From NCBI RefSeq assembly GCF_048593235.1, contig NC_133620.1, positions 28,181,772-28,245,771 on the forward strand: a DNA stretch of 64,000 nucleotides, written 5' to 3'. Shown here piece by piece: positions 51,979 through 64,000 of this stretch; position 1 is the first letter of the stretch; every line of letters starts with the position of its first letter. The DNA is from Sminthopsis crassicaudata (taxonomy: Eukaryota). The notes under the pieces were generated by a model, which worked only from the letters and a program-made list of their open reading frames with translations, made no database searches and had not been told where the DNA came from. The translations under genes were made by a program, and so were the position numbers.

Positions 51979-52115
51979 GTGAGTGCAGGTGGGAGCGGCC
52001 TGGGGGGTGACGCTGGGGGCCCAGGAGGGGGTGTTCCCGGAGGGGTCCTCCTGAGGGCGGGGGCCCGGAGCTGGTGGGTTCGGGAAAGGTCCGCACGGGA
52101 GCTGGAGTTCCCGGA

Positions 52116-52275
52116 GGGGTCCATTGCGGGGGCGGGGACCTGGAACTGGGAGGAGGTAAGGCGGGGTCAGGGGCGGGGGCGGGGCGTTCCAAGAGGGGGT
52201 CCATTGCGGGGGCGGGGCCCGGAACTCAGAGAGGGTACAGGAGGGGTCAGGGGCGGGGGCGGGGCCCGGAGCCAG
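52116..52275. repeat. ~80-bp G-rich tandem duplication in POMGNT1 intron 1
   Basis: ggggtccattgcgggggcgggg at 52116 and 52196; ggggtcaggggcgggggcggggc at 52163 and 52243. Confidence 0.85.
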
Positions 52276-52444
52276 GGTGTTCCAGCCCACACCGCTGCAT
52301 CTCCCTTCCCCCCCACCCCCCTCCCGGGTTGTCCAGCCTAGGGGGGCTCTCGCTGAGTCCCTCACGGTCACCCCCGACGTTGCCAGGTGCGATGCCAGGG
52401 ACCCCCAGGAGGCCCCATTGAGGAGCCTTGGCCCCGCTCTGGGC

Positions 52445-61012
<8,568 letters not shown>

Positions 61013-61685
61013 TGAAACGCCGGCTCATTTCCCCCACAGCCCCAGGGGGACGGGCTTCAGTGCGCCCACCGTGCTGGGCACCAGGCGACGGATGTGAGAT
61101 AAATCATGGGGGGCAGGCCGTGCCGATAGGGCTCGTTTCAGAGAACATGGGCAGTGGGGGAAGCCTCCGGGAAGGAGGGGTCCCGAGCCGAGCCCCAAAG
61201 GAGCCTGAGCATGCTGAGATGAGGAGGGCGCCCCCAGCCTGGGACAGGGCGGGGAGGAGGCCGGGATGCCCCACGCAGCGGGGGTATGGCAGGAGCCGGG
61301 CTGCAAGGGCATCTGACCGCTGGTGGGGGCAGGGACTCAGGCCGGAGACAGGGAGAGTTGGCGGAGATTTGAGAGGAAGGATGGGCCTGAGCACTGGCCA
61401 GGGATGGGGGAAGGGAACAGAGCTACAGAGCGCCCCAAGGCCACGAGGGGGACGGATGGGGAGGCAAGTTGGGAGACGGGGTGGGAGGGGTGAGGGAGGG
61501 TGGGCGCCACTTCCAGCACGCGGCTGCCACCTCCCAGGGCCTGGCAAGCATGGGGCTGCGGGACTGAGCAGGAGGAAAGATTGGGCTGGTCTCCATTTGC
61601 CATGTTTGTTCTCCTTCCCAATCTAAAGAGTATTAGAGGAAAGCATAATAAGGCTGAGTAATCAGTCTGTCCACAAGCTTTTATT

Positions 61686-61839
61686 TATTTGTTTGTTTGT
61701 TTTTGCTCAGGCAATTGGGGTTAAGTGACTTGCCCAGGGTCACACAGGTAGGAAGTGTTAAGTGTCTGAGACCAGATTTGAACTCGGGTCCTCCTGAATT
61801 CAGGGCTGAGGCTCTGTCCACTGCATCACAGCTGCCCCT
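61686..61839 (-). mobile_element. WSINE1 with 16-bp TSD
   Basis: Full-length CORE-SINE with aagtgttaagtgtctgag. TSD tccacaagcttttatt (61670-61685) and tccataagcttttatt (61840-61855). Confidence 0.88.
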
Positions 61840-61844
61840 TCCAT

Positions 61845-63100
61845 AAGCTTTTATTAAGCACCCGCTTTTTTGCTGGCACTGTGCTATAAACTGAAGCTAC
61901 AAAAAGATGAAAAAGACAGCTTCTGTCCCCAAAACGCTTATAATCTAAGGGGGGGAGGGGGAAGATATGCAGAGATAGTAAGCTATATGCAGGGTAAATA
62001 AATAAACAGAAGGCATTGGATGTAGAGGGGGTGGGCAAAGCTTCCCGAAGATGCTGGGATTTCAGGTGGGGCTTAAAGGAAGCGGGGGAGCTCAGGGGTC
62101 AGAATAGCAACATGGGGGGAACATCAAAACAGTGGGATCTCGTTCAAAACCCAGCCAGGAGCCAGGATCATGGAGGGGAGGGTTCCTGCTGCAGGCTCAG
62201 ATGTAAGAAAACTAGAAAGGGAGGAAGAGGTGACCAGGGCTTCGCAGGCCAGACTGAGCCCTCAGTATTGATCCTGCCGGCGATAGGGAGCCACCGGAGC
62301 TTCTGGAGTAAGGTGGTGACATGACCCAGGCTGCTCTTTAGAAAAATACTGTTAATGAATGGTTTGGAATGGGAGGACACCCCCCCCCCCCAGCAGCTAG
62401 TGCAGTGGTCCAGGCATGAGAGGGAAAGGTGTCAGGGTCAGAGGAGAGCAGAGGGCGGATTCCAGGGATGCAACAGTTGGGGCGGGGGGGGGGGGGGGGG
62501 GGGGGGGGAGGGGAAAGGGCAAGGGGGAGAGATGGGGGAGAGAGTGAGGAGTCCAGATTAGCTCTAGATTGTGAGCCTGAGGGCCTGGGAGGACGCCAGT
62601 GCCTTCCAGGCTAGAAAGAATGGAGTTGGGGCAGTTTCGGGGGAAAGATCAGTTTTGAACATAATTGAGTTTAACAGCACCGGGTTTGAGGTATCTGAAA
62701 GGTCGTTGTAGATGTGAGAATGGAGATCAGCAGAGCCCGGGTCAGGAAAAGCAGATGGAGAATCAGCGCCGATCATTAAATCCGTGGGAGCCGATCGCAT
62801 CCCCCAGGGAGGTGGTAGAGCGGGAGGAGAGAAAGGGGGTCCGGGACAGAGGGACCCCCAATGCTCTGGATCGGATCCTGCAAAGGGGACAGAGAAGCAG
62901 CGGGCAGAGAGGGAGGAGAACCCCGAGACGAGGTATCCTGAAAGCCTAGAGAGAATGAGAGCAGGAGAGTGACCAGCGGTGTCAGAGGTCAAGGAGGAGG
63001 GAGCCGGGCTGCGGGGCTTGGCAGCTCTGAGGTCCGGAGAGAGCGGCTCCAGCGAAGGACGATCTGAGTTAGTGATACAATGAGGAGCGAGACCGAGAGA
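61845..63100 (-). mobile_element. LINE2 3' portion, fragmented and CpG-rich
   Basis: L2 tail ttattaagcacc...ggcactgtgcta; then ggagccaccggagcttctggag, tagtgcagtggtccaggcatgag, ttgagtttaac...tgtgagaatggagatcag, gtcagaggtcaaggagg. Confidence 0.65.
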
Positions 63101-64000
63101 GGAGGTACCCTCAGTGGACGCCCCTGGGGGGAGTTTGCCCACAAAGGGCCACGGGGACCCTGGACAGTAGTCAGCAGGGAGCAGAGGGAGTCATGGGCCC
63201 TATTGTGGACAGTGGGCAAGCAGCCAGGAGTTCCTTCCGTCCTCAGGGTCCCCGTCCTAGCCAGGCCGCCTTCTCTGGGCTTTTCCTGGCGCTCGCTTCG
63301 CTCAAGAGGCCCCTTTTGGTGGTTCCTGGCTCGTCCTCAGCCTTTTTTCTTCTCCAGTTTTAGTGATCCCTTTTGTTTTTCAGCCACCAGTCCCTCCCTC
63401 CCCCCCCCCCACCCCCGATCTGTGAGTCTGTCCCCACAATGAGCCTTTTTGTGATAGAGACAAGCCGAGTCCCTCATCTTAGTCACGTTCTGTCCTCCTG
63501 GTCCTCCCGCCCACGAGTGTCCCCCCCGCCTGTCCCCGAGCACCCTTCTCAGGAGAGGGCCTCAGTTTCCCATTTGTCCTCCGTGTCTGTGAGTGCTCCT
63601 TTCTTGCAGAATCATCCCTCCTCTTTCTTCTCTGGCTAATTTTAGGGTGGGAGGTCTTACACAATCTTTGTTTGTCTGGACTTGTTTTAAATCATCTCCC
63701 TCAAAATCTCAGGCGCTTGCAGGCTCTGCCAGGCTTTCCCCTCGTGCTCCCTTGTTTCTTTTTTTTGGCCCCGAGTGGGTCCAGAGCAGAAACTCGCTCC
63801 CACGTTTCTTCCATCTTTTAGAAGACTCAGAACCAGCTGCATTTGTGCCGAGACACTCAGAAACGTGGGGTTACCCCTGGCTTCCTCCCAGGGTTTGCCA
63901 GACCTCCTTTTCCCTAGAGCCAGGTTTGGCAGAGCTCTTGGGGCCCTTACTCTCCTAACAAAATGGCTCCTAGCATGGGGGGCACAACCCCAAAGTAGAG

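Noticed and set aside
62484-62508. G25 homopolymer; other long G/C runs at ~5046, 24600, 27094 and 59266
   Set aside because: Run lengths are unreliable in assemblies and such runs are common in this GC-rich region; no function can be supported.

Overview
Eukaryotic (marsupial) genomic DNA. The WSINE1, MAR1 and short L1 3'-tail repeats point to a dasyurid, which is an inference. The window is syntenic with human 1p34.1. Left to right it holds: exon 1 of UQCRH (-), head-to-head with a complete 10-exon LRRC41 (+, 756 aa); a complete 18-coding-exon RAD54L (-, 742 aa), tail-to-tail with LRRC41; a complete 2-exon LURAP1 (-, 246 aa); and the first 16 coding exons of POMGNT1 (+, continues past the window). 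All exons were located by hand at GT-AG boundaries with consistent phases. The most unexpected structure is a ~9 kb degenerate, apparently env-less class I LTR retroelement (-) between LURAP1 and POMGNT1. It has a tRNA-Leu primer-binding site, an integrase C-terminal remnant, paired 5' and 3' LTRs, a third related LTR nested inside, and several L1 insertions. Its 5' LTR abuts the POMGNT1 CpG island and appears to have gained CpGs and an NRF1-like site, so it is a candidate co-opted promoter or enhancer. Other notable items: GC-shifted ancient repeats, an RFX/NF-Y motif cluster, uORFs, and homeodomain-motif clusters. I found no new protein-coding gene, RNA gene or CRISPR array that I can support. 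Comparisons to human proteins and repeat consensi are from memory and need database confirmation.
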